Assembly (NCBI RefSeq): GCF_006345805.1
Contig: NC_042997.1
Coordinates: 189,286,001 to 189,350,000 of the forward strand
Direction of reading: 5' to 3'
Origin: Octopus sinensis
Taxonomy: Eukaryota
Length of the DNA stretch: 64,000 bases
Below, piece after piece: positions 24,111-36,556 of this stretch. A model generated the notes under the pieces. That model was not told the origin of the DNA, ran no database searches, and worked only from the letters and a program-made list of their open reading frames with translations. The position numbers and the translations under genes were made by a program. Each line of letters begins with the position of its first letter. Within the stretch, counting starts at the first letter, position 1.

Positions 24111-24669
24111 GCTAGACCTTTAAGTTACAAGTGCAATCCTTCCAGCAGGTTTCCACATAGTTCCTGTGTGTATATAAATATAAACACTATCAAATTTAAC
24201 TCACAAGGTATTGATAGTCCAGAGGCTGCAGTTGAAGGTATCTACTTAGGTGTCGTGCAATGAGATCGAAACCAGAAATACGTGGCTGTCATTCGGATTT
24301 TTTAAGTAAGTACCCAGCTAATCCAGCGCTTATCTATCTTGGTGTGCTAAAACGCCCAGCCCTTAAATCTCATCACACTAGCTTAATAATGGAGGGGACA
24401 TTGCATAGTGTCGCCCTTAGCTACACTATGTTTGTAAACAAAAGACGGAGAAAGTTATGGATGTAATCTCACCATTTATGAATTAAAATAATTAGCTTTG
24501 TACTTAATACTTTCAGGTTCGATCTCACTTCGCATTGCATTCAGCAAATTGGCCCATAAAAAAAATGTCGAAGTAATTTCTAACTAATTGGCACAAAAAA
24601 GAAAAAGAATCAAAGGCAAATGACTAGACCTCAGCATAAAAAGGAACGCCGGTAATTATACCGAGGACG

Positions 24670-25150
24670 ATCAACAAGTGGAAGGAATACTATTTCGATT
24701 CTTCTCTCGCCATTTATCTATTAAAACCGATGAAATAACAACGAAGAATAGTTGAAAATTGGTGATGAACACGGTAAAAGATACAATAATTTACGAGTGA
24801 CATTGTATCGCTTTTTGCCAATTATAGGTAATGCCTTACAAATGTTTGCACCAATGACTGATTTACCAATAGTATTAACAAACTAGCGAAATACAAGGTA
24901 GGTTACCAATGAGCTCTCCTATACAAGTCCTTACCCCCCAAATTGTCAAACAATGTAGATAAAAAGCCCCGATTCGAGGAATGCATAGTTTGAATATGAG
25001 GTATAGACAATAAGAAAAAGATGAAACTCGAGAAATTCCACTCCACTAAAAAAAAAAAAAAAAGATATTCAATCAAAATTATATCAATTTACATGAAGGG
25101 CCAGGCTTTACTCTTTCAATAAATGGACACGAGAAGAATAGGTTTCTGTA
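24670..25150 (+). pseudogene. Possible highly decayed Penelope-type reverse transcriptase relic
   Basis: Broken frames give FTSDIVSLL (cf. SFDIVSLF), GRLPMSSP (cf. GxPMGSP) and an AGGTATAGACAAT segment near RYxDD; many stops. Confidence 0.3.
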
Positions 25151-25585
25151 CCGCATGCCCGTTTTACAGTCACACGCTAACCCCACTGAACGAAACTATC
25201 ACAACAAAACTGAAGAGGAACTAGCTCATTTAAAAATAAATTTTTACTTCAACGAAATAACTTTGAATAGATTGATTCTAAAAAAAAAAAACCAAACTAA
25301 AAATCCCTGCAAAAAATGCACTAAAAGACATCAGAATCAGACCAATTAAAAGAAAGAATATACAACGAAAATACAAAATACAAACAATGGAAAAAAATGC
25401 AAATAACAAGAATATAAAAGAGAACATTAAAATTAGAACATTAAGGATGTAAGTCACGATAGACAAATCAGACACAACCAAATCAAAGCAAAATAAAAAA
25501 AAAAAAATCCAAAACAAAATGCGACCTTAACATTGACTGGCAAAAACCTGATCACAACAACAACAACATAATAATAATAATAATA

Positions 25586-25620
<35 letters not shown>

Positions 25621-25749
25621 CTTTTCTCCTTTAAGCACAAGGCCTGGAATTTGGTGGTGGGGAACTAGTCGATTACATCGACCCTAGTATTTCACAGCTA
25701 CTTAATTTATCGACTCAGAAAAGACGAAATGTTTTGCCATCTCGCCGCC

Positions 25750-25781
<32 letters not shown>

Positions 25782-25975
25782 CATCATCATTTCATCATTG
25801 TTCGACCGTGGTCGAGACAATGGAATTTACCATGCTACGCTAGACTTCACGGTCCATCATGGCATTACGGAGGTCCTGTTGCTGGATGCCTGTATCCCTG
25901 GAGATTACATCAGGGTAGGAGAGTGTGCGCCCTCTGGTATTGCGAGTAGATGGCTTCCAGAGGAGAAGAGTAGAA
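25782..25975 (-). mobile_element. RTE-clade LINE 3' end, ~190 bp, (TGA)n tail
   Basis: The minus strand encodes LLWKPSTRNTRGRTLSYPDVISRDTGIQQQDLRNAMMDREVWRSMVNSIVSTTVEQ*, matching the RGRxxxxxxDxxxxD...AxDRxxWR C-terminus of RTE ORFs. Possible TSD ATAATC, inserted into a SINE B (TAA)n tail. Confidence 0.8.
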
Positions 25976-25980
25976 GATAA

Positions 25981-26362
25981 TCCTTTCTACTATAGGCACA
26001 AGACCTGAAATTTTGGGGGAAGGGGCGAGTCGATTAGATCGACGCTAGTACGCAACTGGTACTTAATTTATCGACTCCGAAATGATATTAGGCAAAGTCA
26101 ACCTTGGCAGAATTTGAACCCGGAACGTGCAAACGGACGAAATACCTATTTCTTTACTACCCACAAGGGGCCAAACACAGAGAGGACAAACAAGGACAGA
26201 CAAACGGATTAAATCGATTACATTGTCCCCAGTGCGTAACTGGTACTTATTTAATCGACTCCGAAAGGATGAAAGGCGGAATTTGAACTCAGAACGTAAC
26301 GGCAGACGAAATACCGCTAAGCATTTTGCCCGGTGTGCTAACGATTTCGCCAGTTCGCCGCC

Positions 26363-26402
<40 letters not shown>

Positions 26403-26417
26403 TGATAATAATACTAA

Positions 26418-26449
<32 letters not shown>

Positions 26450-26845
26450 ATAATAATAATATAATCCTTTCTAGTATAGGCACAAAGCCTGAACTTTGGG
26501 GGAGTGGGATAGTCGAATACATCGACCCCAGTGTTTCACTGGTTCTTAATTTATCGACCCGGAAAGGATGAAAAGCAAAGTCCACCTCAGCAGAATTTGA
26601 ACTCAGAACGTAGCGTTGGATGAAATACCTATTTCTTTACTACCCACAAGGGGCTAAACACAGAGAGGACAAACAAGGACAGACAAACGGATTAAGTCGA
26701 TTATATCGACCTCAGTGCGTACTTATTTAATCGACCCCTAAAGGATGAAAGGCAAAGCCGACCTCGGCTGAATTTGAACTCAGAACGTAGCGGCAGACGA
26801 AATACTGCTAAGCATTTCATCTGGCGTGCTAACGATTCTGCCAAT
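25981..26845 (-). mobile_element. Two dimeric SINE family B elements separated by (TAA)n/(TAC)n
   Basis: Repeated family B cores at ~26040, 26230, 26520 and 26700. Confidence 0.8.
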
Positions 26846-27685
26846 CCAATATCACCAATCATTATAACGATGATGATAATGGTTTCCATAGAGGTGTAGT
26901 TTGATAGCGTCTTTAAAAAAAGAAAAATTTAGCTTCGGAATAAACATGTTAAAATTAACGTGTTAAAATTAACATGTAAAAATTAACATATCAACATGTT
27001 AAAATTAACAGATTGCTGTTATAACCAGATATATTGCTTCTCACACTACTAAATTATATCCTCGTTTTTGGCTTTCACTTTCTTTTACTTAACACTAACA
27101 ATATGAATATCTTCTTCATTTCAGGAATTCCTACTTACTTTTTAACCAGATACTTACATATCTGGCACACGTACGTATCCCAACACTCCTGCCTCTCAAT
27201 ATATATGTTTAGACGCCAGGGAGCCTAAATTCCCGCCTTAATGACATGACTATGATCGGAATTCTTCTGGAACGGAATTTCCTTCTCACCTGCATTCATT
27301 CATACCTCAAACCTATGATCTTGCGCTATTTCCAAATTCGGATCAATAAGTTTAGTGTTGATACAACGGCAATCGTAATCGGGGTCACTGGTTAAGTGGT
27401 GGCTTAATAATCCGGACGAAACACCGCGTTTTTTTCCTTACCCGTGGTTACATACGTATTGCCATGCGTGCAGACATATTTCCTGTGTGTGTGTGTTTGT
27501 GTGTTTTCTCCCATATACAGACATAGCTTAAATACACACGCACGCGCACACACACAAATCATTACAAACAGATATATACATACACACACACGCACAAACA
27601 CACAAACACATGTGTGTGAAAATGTATGTACTTTGCATATATATATATTATATGTGTGTGTAAATGTATGTACTGTGCATATATG

Positions 27686-27721
<36 letters not shown>

Positions 27722-27885
27722 GTATATACATACATACACACACACATATATATATGCATACATACATACAAGTACAAAAAGTACGTATATTTTGTACTCT
27801 CGAGGTGACCAGCTGAGTGACTTTTTAAAGTTGCTTTGTAACTGTTTACTATTATAGTTATCTAAATTCATACAATGGGACTTTT

Positions 27886-28055
27886 GGCTGTGTGGTAAGT
27901 AGCTTGCTTACCAACCAAATGGTTCCGGGTTCATTCTCACTGTGTGGCACCTTGGGCAAGTGTCTTCCACTAGAACCTCGGGCCGACCAAAACCTTATGA
28001 GTGGATTTGGTAGACGGAAACTGAAAGAAGCCCGTCGTATATATGTATGTATATA

Positions 28056-28103
<48 letters not shown>

Positions 28104-28310
28104 ATCCAAACATGAAAACACAAAGAGAAAACACAACAACGCGAGGACGTGGAACAAATATAGTATTATTGGACGCTCAGGAAGGAAGGGAAGAAGGAGG
28201 GTTTAACGTTTCGAGCGGAGCTCTTCGTCGGAAACATAGGAGAAGGAAAGATCCAGAGAAGGGAAGACAGAGGAAAAAAAATCGCCAACGGTACACACGA
28301 GGTCACATTT

Positions 28311-28352
<42 letters not shown>

Positions 28353-28576
28353 ATATATATATAGTTAATCCAAACATGAAAACACAAAGAGAAAACACAA
28401 CAACGCGAGGACGTGGAACAAATATAGTATTATTGGACGCTCAGGAAGGAAGGGAAGAAGGAGGGTTTAACGTTTCGAGCGGAGCTCTTCGTCGGAAACA
28501 TAGGAGAAGGAAAGATCCAGAGAAGGGAAGACAGAGGAAAAAAAATCGCCAACGGTACACATGAGGTCACATTTTG

Positions 28577-28669
<93 letters not shown>

Positions 28670-28832
28670 TGTGCCTGTGTTTGACTCCCCAACATCGCTT
28701 GACAACCGATAGAATAAGTACTAGGCTTACAAAGAATAAGTGCTGGTTTCGATTTGCTCGACTAAAAGCGGTGCTCCAGCATGGCCACAGTCAAATGACT
28801 GAAACAAGTAAAAGAGTAAAAAGAGTAAAAGA
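27886..28832 (+). mobile_element. SINE family A with two P1 elements inserted in its internal (TA)n tract
   Basis: Head at 27886-28040, tail at 28680-28832, and P1 copies between them. Confidence 0.85.
28098..28576 (-). mobile_element. Tandem dimer of P1 element (period 264 bp), each with a hammerhead-like motif (28201-28235, 28465-28499)
   Basis: Near-identical units. Minus strand GUUU-CCGACGA-A-GAGC-ucc-GCUC-GAA-ACGU-U-AAAC (U4 changed to C in both). Confidence 0.8.
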
Positions 28833-29235
28833 GACCTTTTCCTCAAAATGAAGGAGTTACTGATATTGAGTTCTTACCGAATGTTGCTGATGTTTTTGCT
28901 ATTGATACTACTTTCACGCTGAAGATTATTGTTTTCCAACGTTGTTGTAGGGGTTTCAGCTATTTCTCTCTTCCTCTCTCTCTCTCTCCACCTCTCTCCT
29001 TTTGTCTAACCTCCGCCACTCAGCTTCTCACTCTTTTCTCTCTCTCAGAAGAATAACAAGGAGAATTCTCTTATTGTTTCTGCTGTGTAGCTAAATATGC
29101 TTTGCTGTTAATATTTTCGCTTATGAAAACAATTACTTTCGTGTCGATGCTTTAAAGAATGGTTGCTTTGCTGTTTGTTGTCGTTGTTCTAATATTTGTT
29201 ATTAGTTTTAATTGTTGGGGGTTGATAATGTTGAT

Positions 29236-29654
29236 ACTCTTTACTCTTTTATTTGTTTCAGTCATGTGACTGTGGCCATGCTGGAGCACCGCCTTTAGTC
29301 GAGCAAACCGACCCCAGGTCTTATTCCTTGTAAGCCTAGTACTTATTCTATCGGTCTCTCTGGCCGAACCGCTAAGTGACGGGGACGTAAACACACCAGC
29401 ATCGGTTGTCAAGCGATGTTGGGGAGACAAACACAGACATACAAACATACACGCACACATACATATACATATATATATATATATACATATATACGACGGG
29501 CTTCTTTCAGTTTCCGTCTAACAAATCTACTCACAAGGCTTTGGCCGGGACGAGGCTATAGTAGAAGACACTTGCCCAAGGTGCCGCGCAGTGGAACTGA
29601 ACCTGGATCCATGTGGCTGGTAAGCAAGCTACTTACCACACAGCCACTCCTATG
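29236..29654 (-). mobile_element. SINE family A copy
   Basis: Full reverse-complement match to 3577-4020. Confidence 0.9.
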
Positions 29655-29697
29655 CCTAATGTTAATTTTTTCCATAGCTTTTCGTTACTTCGGCTGC

Positions 29698-29757
<60 letters not shown>

Positions 29758-30242
29758 AGTAGTAGTAAGAGGTAAGGTTGTTCTTTAGTTTCAGGTCAAA
29801 CACGATCCAGAAGGCCCTTCATCGAAAGCATTCCAACCGTGACCATCACGTCGTTCGGTGGTAGGGGAATGTAGGCGACTCGCATTATCCATTGTATACT
29901 TAGCTTAGTTTCAGGCGAGTGTGATTTGGCTGTTATTTCTACAGAGTCGAGTGTCTGTGGAGACGCTCCATTGTTGGTTAACAACAACAACAATTACAAA
30001 ACCAGCACGCAAGAACTGAAAAAGTAGTAGCAGCAGTAGTTTTAGAGTTAGTTGTTGTTACTGTTGTTCTTGAACCGATGGCGATTATATATATTTCTGT
30101 TATTGTTTTATAGATTTATAAAAAAAAAAATCGTTGGTTTTGTATTGCCGTTATTATCTTTGTTAAATTGTTACATTTATATTGTTGTGGCTGTTATTGT
30201 TGTTCTTGTTGTTGCTATCGCTGCTGCTGCTGCTGCTCTTAC

Positions 30243-30512
30243 TGTTTCTGTAGAACAAAGAGATTTAGCTGTTTTATGATATATCAAGCAGTAAAACTGA
30301 AATTGAATCTCATCGAACCGACAGCCATTTTCAAAGCAGTCCGGATGTCCGTATCCATTACGAAATGGTCCACAGTATGCCATTTTATATGCTGTTAATG
30401 TGCTTTTGCCGCTAGTTTGCTTGTATAGATAAGAACTGTGATCAAAGATGTTCCAGTCTTCATCAACGCGTCTTTTTTGATGTCCGGAACTGCACTGTAC
30501 AATGTATCCTTC
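30243..30512 (-). CDS. Candidate internal coding exon, phase 0-0, 90 codons, unassigned (EGYIVQCSSGHQKRRVDEDWNIFDHSSYLYKQTSGKSTLTAYKMAYCGPFRNGYGHPDCFENGCRFDEIQFQFYCLIYHKTAKSLCSTET)
   Basis: A 270-nt open frame bounded by ATAG| (in-frame stops just upstream) and a strong donor ACA|GTAAGA. Cys-containing and non-repetitive; the acceptor pyrimidine tract is weak. Confidence 0.5.
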
Positions 30513-30634
30513 CTATTTTCAAAACAGCAAGCTGTGGTCTTAAGGGTTTTTAAGCTGCATCTCCAATAAACCACAAGAACACCGATTTGCACGTAGTATC
30601 TGACATTAAATTTGAGTTCATAACCAGAACTCCT

Positions 30635-30827
30635 TGGCGTAGTGGTAAGTAGCTTGCTTACCAACCACATGGTTCCGGGTTCATTCCCACTGCGTGGCAC
30701 CTTGGGCAAGTGTCTTCTACTGTAGCCTCGGGCCGACCAACGCCTTTGGTAGACGGAAACTGTAAGAAGCTCGTCGTATATATGTATGTATATATATGTA
30801 TATATATATATATACATACATGTATGT

Positions 30828-30860
<33 letters not shown>

Positions 30861-31152
30861 TATATATATTATATATATATATATATATACATGTATGTTA
30901 TATATATATATATATATATGTATGTATATGTATGTGTGCGCGTATATGTTTGTGTTTGTCCTCCCAACATCGCTTGACAGCCGATTGTGGTGTGTTTACG
31001 TCCCCGTAACTTAGCGGTTCGGCAAAAGAGACCGATAGAATAAGTACTAGGCTTACAAAGAATAAGTCCTGGGGTCGATTTGCTCGACTAAAGGCGGTGC
31101 ACCAGCATGGCCACAGTCAAATGACTGAAACAAGTAAAAGAGTAAAAGAGAG
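30635..31152 (+). mobile_element. SINE family A copy
   Basis: Colinear with other family A copies. Confidence 0.9.
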
Positions 31153-31436
31153 TAGAACGCATATTATTCAGTCTTCCCTGTACTGAATAATCCTCACAGA
31201 CGATGGCGAATCGACCTCAATATATCACCGGTATTTACGCATAATATCGTCGTTTGACGACTAGGAAGATTGAATAAAAGAAACAAAAGTTGATCCTAGC
31301 GTGATTTTAACTCAGTAACGTACGGGTACTCTGATGAATCTCCGAATCGACCAGCGGTAGCTTTTAAATACTATAACTTGTATAACATTAAGAGACTTTG
31401 TCCTGAAGTTTATACTGCAAAGGCAACATGCAAAAA

Positions 31437-31834
31437 TCTCTCTCTATATATATAAAGCTGAAGTTGCCTGTGTGTGGCAGGTTTGGTAGCCTTCAACTAA
31501 CACTATCTCCTCCGAGACTCTGCGGCGCAAGCTGGACCAAAATTGAGAGTATGATAGAAGAAGGCTTGCTCTTCATTCCGTAGTAGTTAAAATTCAAATC
31601 GGACCATGTTAAGACCCAAAAATGTTTACATCAAAAAGGTGCTTTTTTTCTATGAAAATCCCTATTTTTTACGATTTTTTTTACTGCTGTGTCGCCATTT
31701 TTCAGTGTATTTTAACCAGAAAAATGTTCACTTAAAGAGAATAACAAGCTACATCATGCAAAACTTTTACTTTTCAAAAATTCCAATTCTAAAGGGTCGA
31801 AACAAACCCGAGCAACGCCGGGCGATACTGCTAG
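31437..31834 (+). mobile_element. Non-autonomous Helitron
   Basis: 5' A|TCTCTCTCTATATATATAAAG, 3' CCCGAGCAACGCCGGG imperfect hairpin ~10 nt before CTAG|T; AT target site with no TSD. Confidence 0.75.
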
Positions 31835-31899
31835 TAATCTATAAAGAAATTGCAGTGGTTATTAAACTGTTTTAAAAAGCCTTGATAAGCAATAGAAAA

Positions 31900-32420
31900 A
31901 AGAAAAAAAATCAGCAACAACCACTGTAGAATTAATCATGATAATTGAAAGAAAATTAAGTCAAGTGCTCAACAAGCTACTCAGTCAATTACTCGAACCG
32001 TATTTTTACACAGATCTAATGTGAAGTTTAAAATGAAATGGCTCTTGAGAGCATAAATCAAGATTAGACTCAACGCATCGTGCCAATAAGCTAAGCACGA
32101 TCGTAATTAAAATACATAAAGTCTTAAGTTTATATGACGATTTGCAGAAAACGGATATAAAACTTCTAATGAAACAGTTTCTTCTTGCTTGTAAAGGCGG
32201 GTTTGAAAGATCTAAGAAGCACTTGAATTTGCACAACATAAAAATGACTAGTGAAGTTGCCAGTGAAAAAGTTGCTGCTAATTGTCTCGAGTATCTGAAA
32301 ACTTATTGCTGAAAAGGTTGCACACCAGAGAAAGTATACAATATAGATGAAACCGCACCTTTCTTCAAACTCAGATAAGCTAGACCTTTTATTTCTAGAG
32401 AAGAAAAATCAACGTAATTT
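31900..32420 (+). pseudogene. pogo/Tigger-like transposase relic
   Basis: Broken frames give ...KGGFER(F)KK..NLHNIKMTSEVAS... and ...TPEKVYNIDETA.FF, matching Tigger FxASxGWFxRFK, NIKxxGExAS and NxDET motifs. Confidence 0.7.
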
Positions 32421-32685
32421 GATAGAAGACACTTGCGCCAATTATCAGCAAAAAGAGAAATCAGCTTGCCTGTATGTCATTTCTAAGAAATGTCATTTAC
32501 AATCCATATCGAGTATCCTTTTCTTAAATAGAGAATATTTAATATTGGTATAAGATTTTGTGTTTATACATAAGGATAGTGTTTCTTCAAGCATGCAAGC
32601 ATGCTTTGTTATATTAGCATGTTGATTCGAGCATATCATAAATACTTACATACATACAAAATACATGCACACACACACGCACACA

Positions 32686-32728
<43 letters not shown>

Positions 32729-33092
32729 CACACATACATACGCACACACACACATATATATGAATGCATACATACATACATACATACATACACATGTATA
32801 TGATTACAGCCGTTTTGTAACCTTTATCACGCCACTTGATACTCTGAATCCAAATTTTCTACAATATTTATATATATATATATTTATATATGTATATATA
32901 TTTATATACATACATACGTACATACATACATACATATATATATGTATATATATATGTATGTATACATATATGAATTTAAATATACATGTGTATACATATT
33001 AAATATATATATCTATGTATATGTGTGTATATATATATATATCCATAAATATATTTATACATATACGTACATACATACACACACATGCATAT

Positions 33093-33135
<43 letters not shown>

Positions 33136-33624
33136 GAGAGAGAGGGAGAGAGAGAGAGATGGAGAGAGAGAGAGAGAAAGAGAGAGAGAGAAAGAGATAG
33201 GCAACGAATATTCCATAGCTTGAAAATAAGTTGATTTCTAGGAGAAGACTAATTCACTCATCCCCTTTAACGTTAAAAAAAAATCTAGAGCTAAGCACGG
33301 TGGGTTGTAAGAAGCGTAACTCTTCTATTAAGTCTGATGAACAGGGATAAGTATTTGAATGAGGTTAATGCCGTTAACCTTTGTTTTGAATGGTTGCAGA
33401 TCTATGGTAGAACGGAATTTATTCTATATGTTTTCATTTATTCATTCACACACAAACCTATCCGATTACTCATTCATTGAGTAAGTTTCTAGTGCTTCTA
33501 ATGAACGCTCTTACTATATAGTCTTCTACCATCGCAGTCAAAATTTCATGAACATTCTTTCACGCCGCCCATACACACGCGTATATGGTCTGGTGCGCAC
33601 ATATGCTCTACCCAGCTATCTCCT

Positions 33625-33625
33625 C

Positions 33626-33716
<91 letters not shown>

Positions 33717-33749
33717 GTCTATCTACTTATCTGTCTGTCTATCTATCTA

Positions 33750-33794
<45 letters not shown>

Positions 33795-33856
33795 CTATCT
33801 ATCTATCTATCTATCTATCTACTTATCTGTCTGTCTATCTATCTATCTATCTATCT
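33625..33856. repeat. (CTAT)n tract, 5' flank of the Tx1 element
   Basis: Directly visible. Confidence 0.95.
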
Positions 33857-35999
33857 AAGGCAGGGTGCTGCGAAGGTGCCATCACGGCGGCGGAAGTGCA
33901 GGAAGCGATGGCAGAATGCTCGGGGGACAAATCACCGGGTTTGGATGGTCTACCCTACGAGCTTTACAATTGTATGCCAGACTTGTTTGGAGATCTCTTG
34001 GCGGCGGTGTACTGCAACTGGCAGCAAAACGAGAGCATTCCTGGTTTTGTGAGCCGAGGAGCCGTAACACTGCTGAAGAAAGATCTAAACAAGGGAAATG
34101 TAATAGATAACTTTAGGCCCATCACTCTGCTTAATGCAGACTTGAAAATTTTGGCCAAGGTGCTAGCCAAGAGGTTGGCGCTTGTCATCGAGAAACTGGT
34201 CGACAGGGCGCAAACATGCGCCGTGCCAGGCCGGACCATCCATGACAACCTCCACCTGATGCGCTACATCATAGACAGGGTAGTTAACGAACCTGGCATG
34301 GGTGGGGCGCTGATCAATTTGGATCAATCGAAAGCTTTCGATAGGGTGGACCATCGATACTTGGAGGCGGTCCTCGGAGCGGCTGGCTTCGGTCCCGTCT
34401 TCCGCGGCTGGATAGCCGCTTTGTACAGAGGCATCCGTCGGTAATTCGCGTGAATGGACATCTATCGAGACCCTTCGACATCGCACGTTCGGTCCGTCAG
34501 GGATGCACCCTCTCGTCGCTTCTATACGTATTGACTCTCGAGCCATTATGCGGAAGCTGGCAACCTTGAGAGGCATCCCGCGAGAACTGGGATGCGGGAC
34601 GAGCGTGTCTGCATACGCGGACGACGTCACCGTCATAGTGTCTAGCCACGAGCACATCGAGCAGGTCGGCGAGACACTGAAAAACTACGAAGCGGTGACA
34701 GGAGCGAAAATCAACCGCGAAAAGTCAGTGGGCTTGCGACTAGGCACCTGGAGAAGCAAGCCCATGCCGTCCACCAGCGCCTCCGTCGTGGGACGCTGGA
34801 CCGACGGCCCGGTTGAGTTGCTCGGGGTCTGGTTTGGTCCGGACCTCCAAGTGGAGAAGAACTGGAACGAGATAACGAGTAGGGTGGTCACTCTCGCCCG
34901 GCAATGGGCCGAGAGGAAACTGTCCCTAAAAGGTCGAGCGGAGGTGGCGAACACGTACATCGCGTCCGTCATCTACTACCGCCTGACCGTCGTACCTTGT
35001 CCCGACCCTACCATCACCAAACTACAACGCATTCTCTTTCGCTTCTTCTGGAAAGGATGCGTCCCGATGGTCAGGCGATCCATTTGCTGTCAACACCCGT
35101 TAAAAGGAGGGCTGGGCATGCCGTGGTTGATGATGCGCAGACACGCGCTGAGACTGCGACATCTCTGGCTCTATGTAGACGACGGTGAACAGGTGTGGTC
35201 GCCGTTTGTGAGGCACGCTTTCCCGCAGCTCGTCTCCATGACCGAACTGCAGTCGTGGATCAAAAAGAGGCCGAAGAAGGGCGAATGGCACCGCGAGTGT
35301 CGCTTTGCTCTCAAGCAACTCTGCCGTCCTGGGTCGACCTTGAGTGACTTCAACACAACCAAAGTATTCTATAGGGGTTTAGTGGAGGGGAGGTACGACG
35401 ACGAGTTCGGGGCGAACCTGGACGTCGACGAGGAGTACCTGACCCGCCTGTTCAGGACGACTTTCGGGCCAGGACCCATGGACAACTTCCAGAGATCCCT
35501 GGCCTGGCAGTGCTACCGAGAAGCGCTACCCGTTCGGGATAAGCTCTACAGACACGGCTCGAGAAACACGGGGCCGACCTGCCCGAGATGCGGTCAGAGC
35601 GACGAAACCGTTCTGCACGCACTCGTGCAGTGTCCAACAATTTCCGACCTGTGGGCTTGTGTCGAACAACTGCTGTCACGTGTGGGAAGAGTCGGTTTAT
35701 CAGCTGAGTCTATCGTTAATATTGTCACGCCTCCCTCCTTCAAACGGGAAGGAAGAGCTATTTTCATCATCCTTGTGGCTATGGCGAAAGAATGTATCTG
35801 GTGGACGCGTCTGAAAGGATTGGAGACAAACACTTTCCTCTCTGGTCAATCTCTCATCAACTTCTTCAAGTACCACTTGAAAAGGAAAGTGAGAGTAGAG
35901 AGGCAAGTTTTGTCTAGCGAATGTTTTAAAAAAAGATGGGTGAATGTAGCAAGAATGGCACGTATGAATGACGAAGCCACCTTGAGCATGATCCTATGA
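33857..35999 (+). pseudogene. Tx1-type ORF2 (RT + C-terminal zinc-binding domain), endonuclease missing, one frameshift near 34437
   Basis: [48 protein letters not shown], (frame change) SVRQG, AYADDVTV, LGVWFG, KLSLKGR and CPRCGQSDETVLHALVQC; TGA at 35997-35999. Confidence 0.93.
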
Positions 36000-36376
36000 A
36001 CCCAGAAATTGAAAACAGAGAGTTGCTTACTTGCAAAAAAAAAAAAGAAATATAACATGTGACTCCATTGACCAAGGTTACCGTGGTCTTTTCCGTAGGC
36101 TTTCCTTTCCACGGGTAAACCTCACCTGTCTTCCCCTTTACACTTCATATTGACATTTCTGTGATAACGATCCCTATTGATCAATTTTTTTTTCTTTTTT
36201 TTTTTCCTCTCCCCCCTTTTTTTACCCCCCCTTTTTTTGTCATCTTTCTCTCCTTCTACGATCCCTTTTGATCGAAACTCCCCCTTCCTTTTTTTTTTTT
36301 TTAAACCTTCAAAAGAAAAGCTCTACCTTGTAATTTGTTCTATCTGTGTGCAGCCCTGTGTGGCTAATAAAGAAAC
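33857..36376 (+). mobile_element. 5'-truncated Tx1-clade (L1 group) non-LTR retrotransposon inside a (CTAT)n tract
   Basis: RT ORF as below, a pyrimidine-rich 3' UTR, AATAAA at 36366, then directly ATATCTATCT repeats; (CTAT)n also lies on the 5' side. Confidence 0.92.
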
Positions 36377-36451
36377 ATATCTATCTACCTATCTGTGTGT
36401 CTGTCTGTCTGTCTGTTTGACTATCAGTCTCTCCGCCAGTCTGTTTCTGTG

Positions 36452-36544
<93 letters not shown>

Positions 36545-36556
36545 GTCTATCTATCT
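36377..36556. repeat. (CTAT)n tract, 3' flank of the Tx1 element
   Basis: Directly visible. Confidence 0.95.

Noticed and set aside
26942-27010. 14-bp AACATGTTAAAATT repeated about four times
   Set aside because: Ordinary short AT-rich slippage minisatellite with nothing to suggest function.
28874-29000. Segment ending in a good donor (CG|GTAAGA) encoding AETPTTTLENNNLQRESS...
   Set aside because: The upstream part is a (GA)n tract with an in-frame stop and no pyrimidine-rich acceptor or ATG.
33882-36112. Antisense and alternative-frame ORFs over the Tx1 element
   Set aside because: They are shadows of a GC-rich coding sequence; only the plus-strand RT frames carry recognisable motifs.
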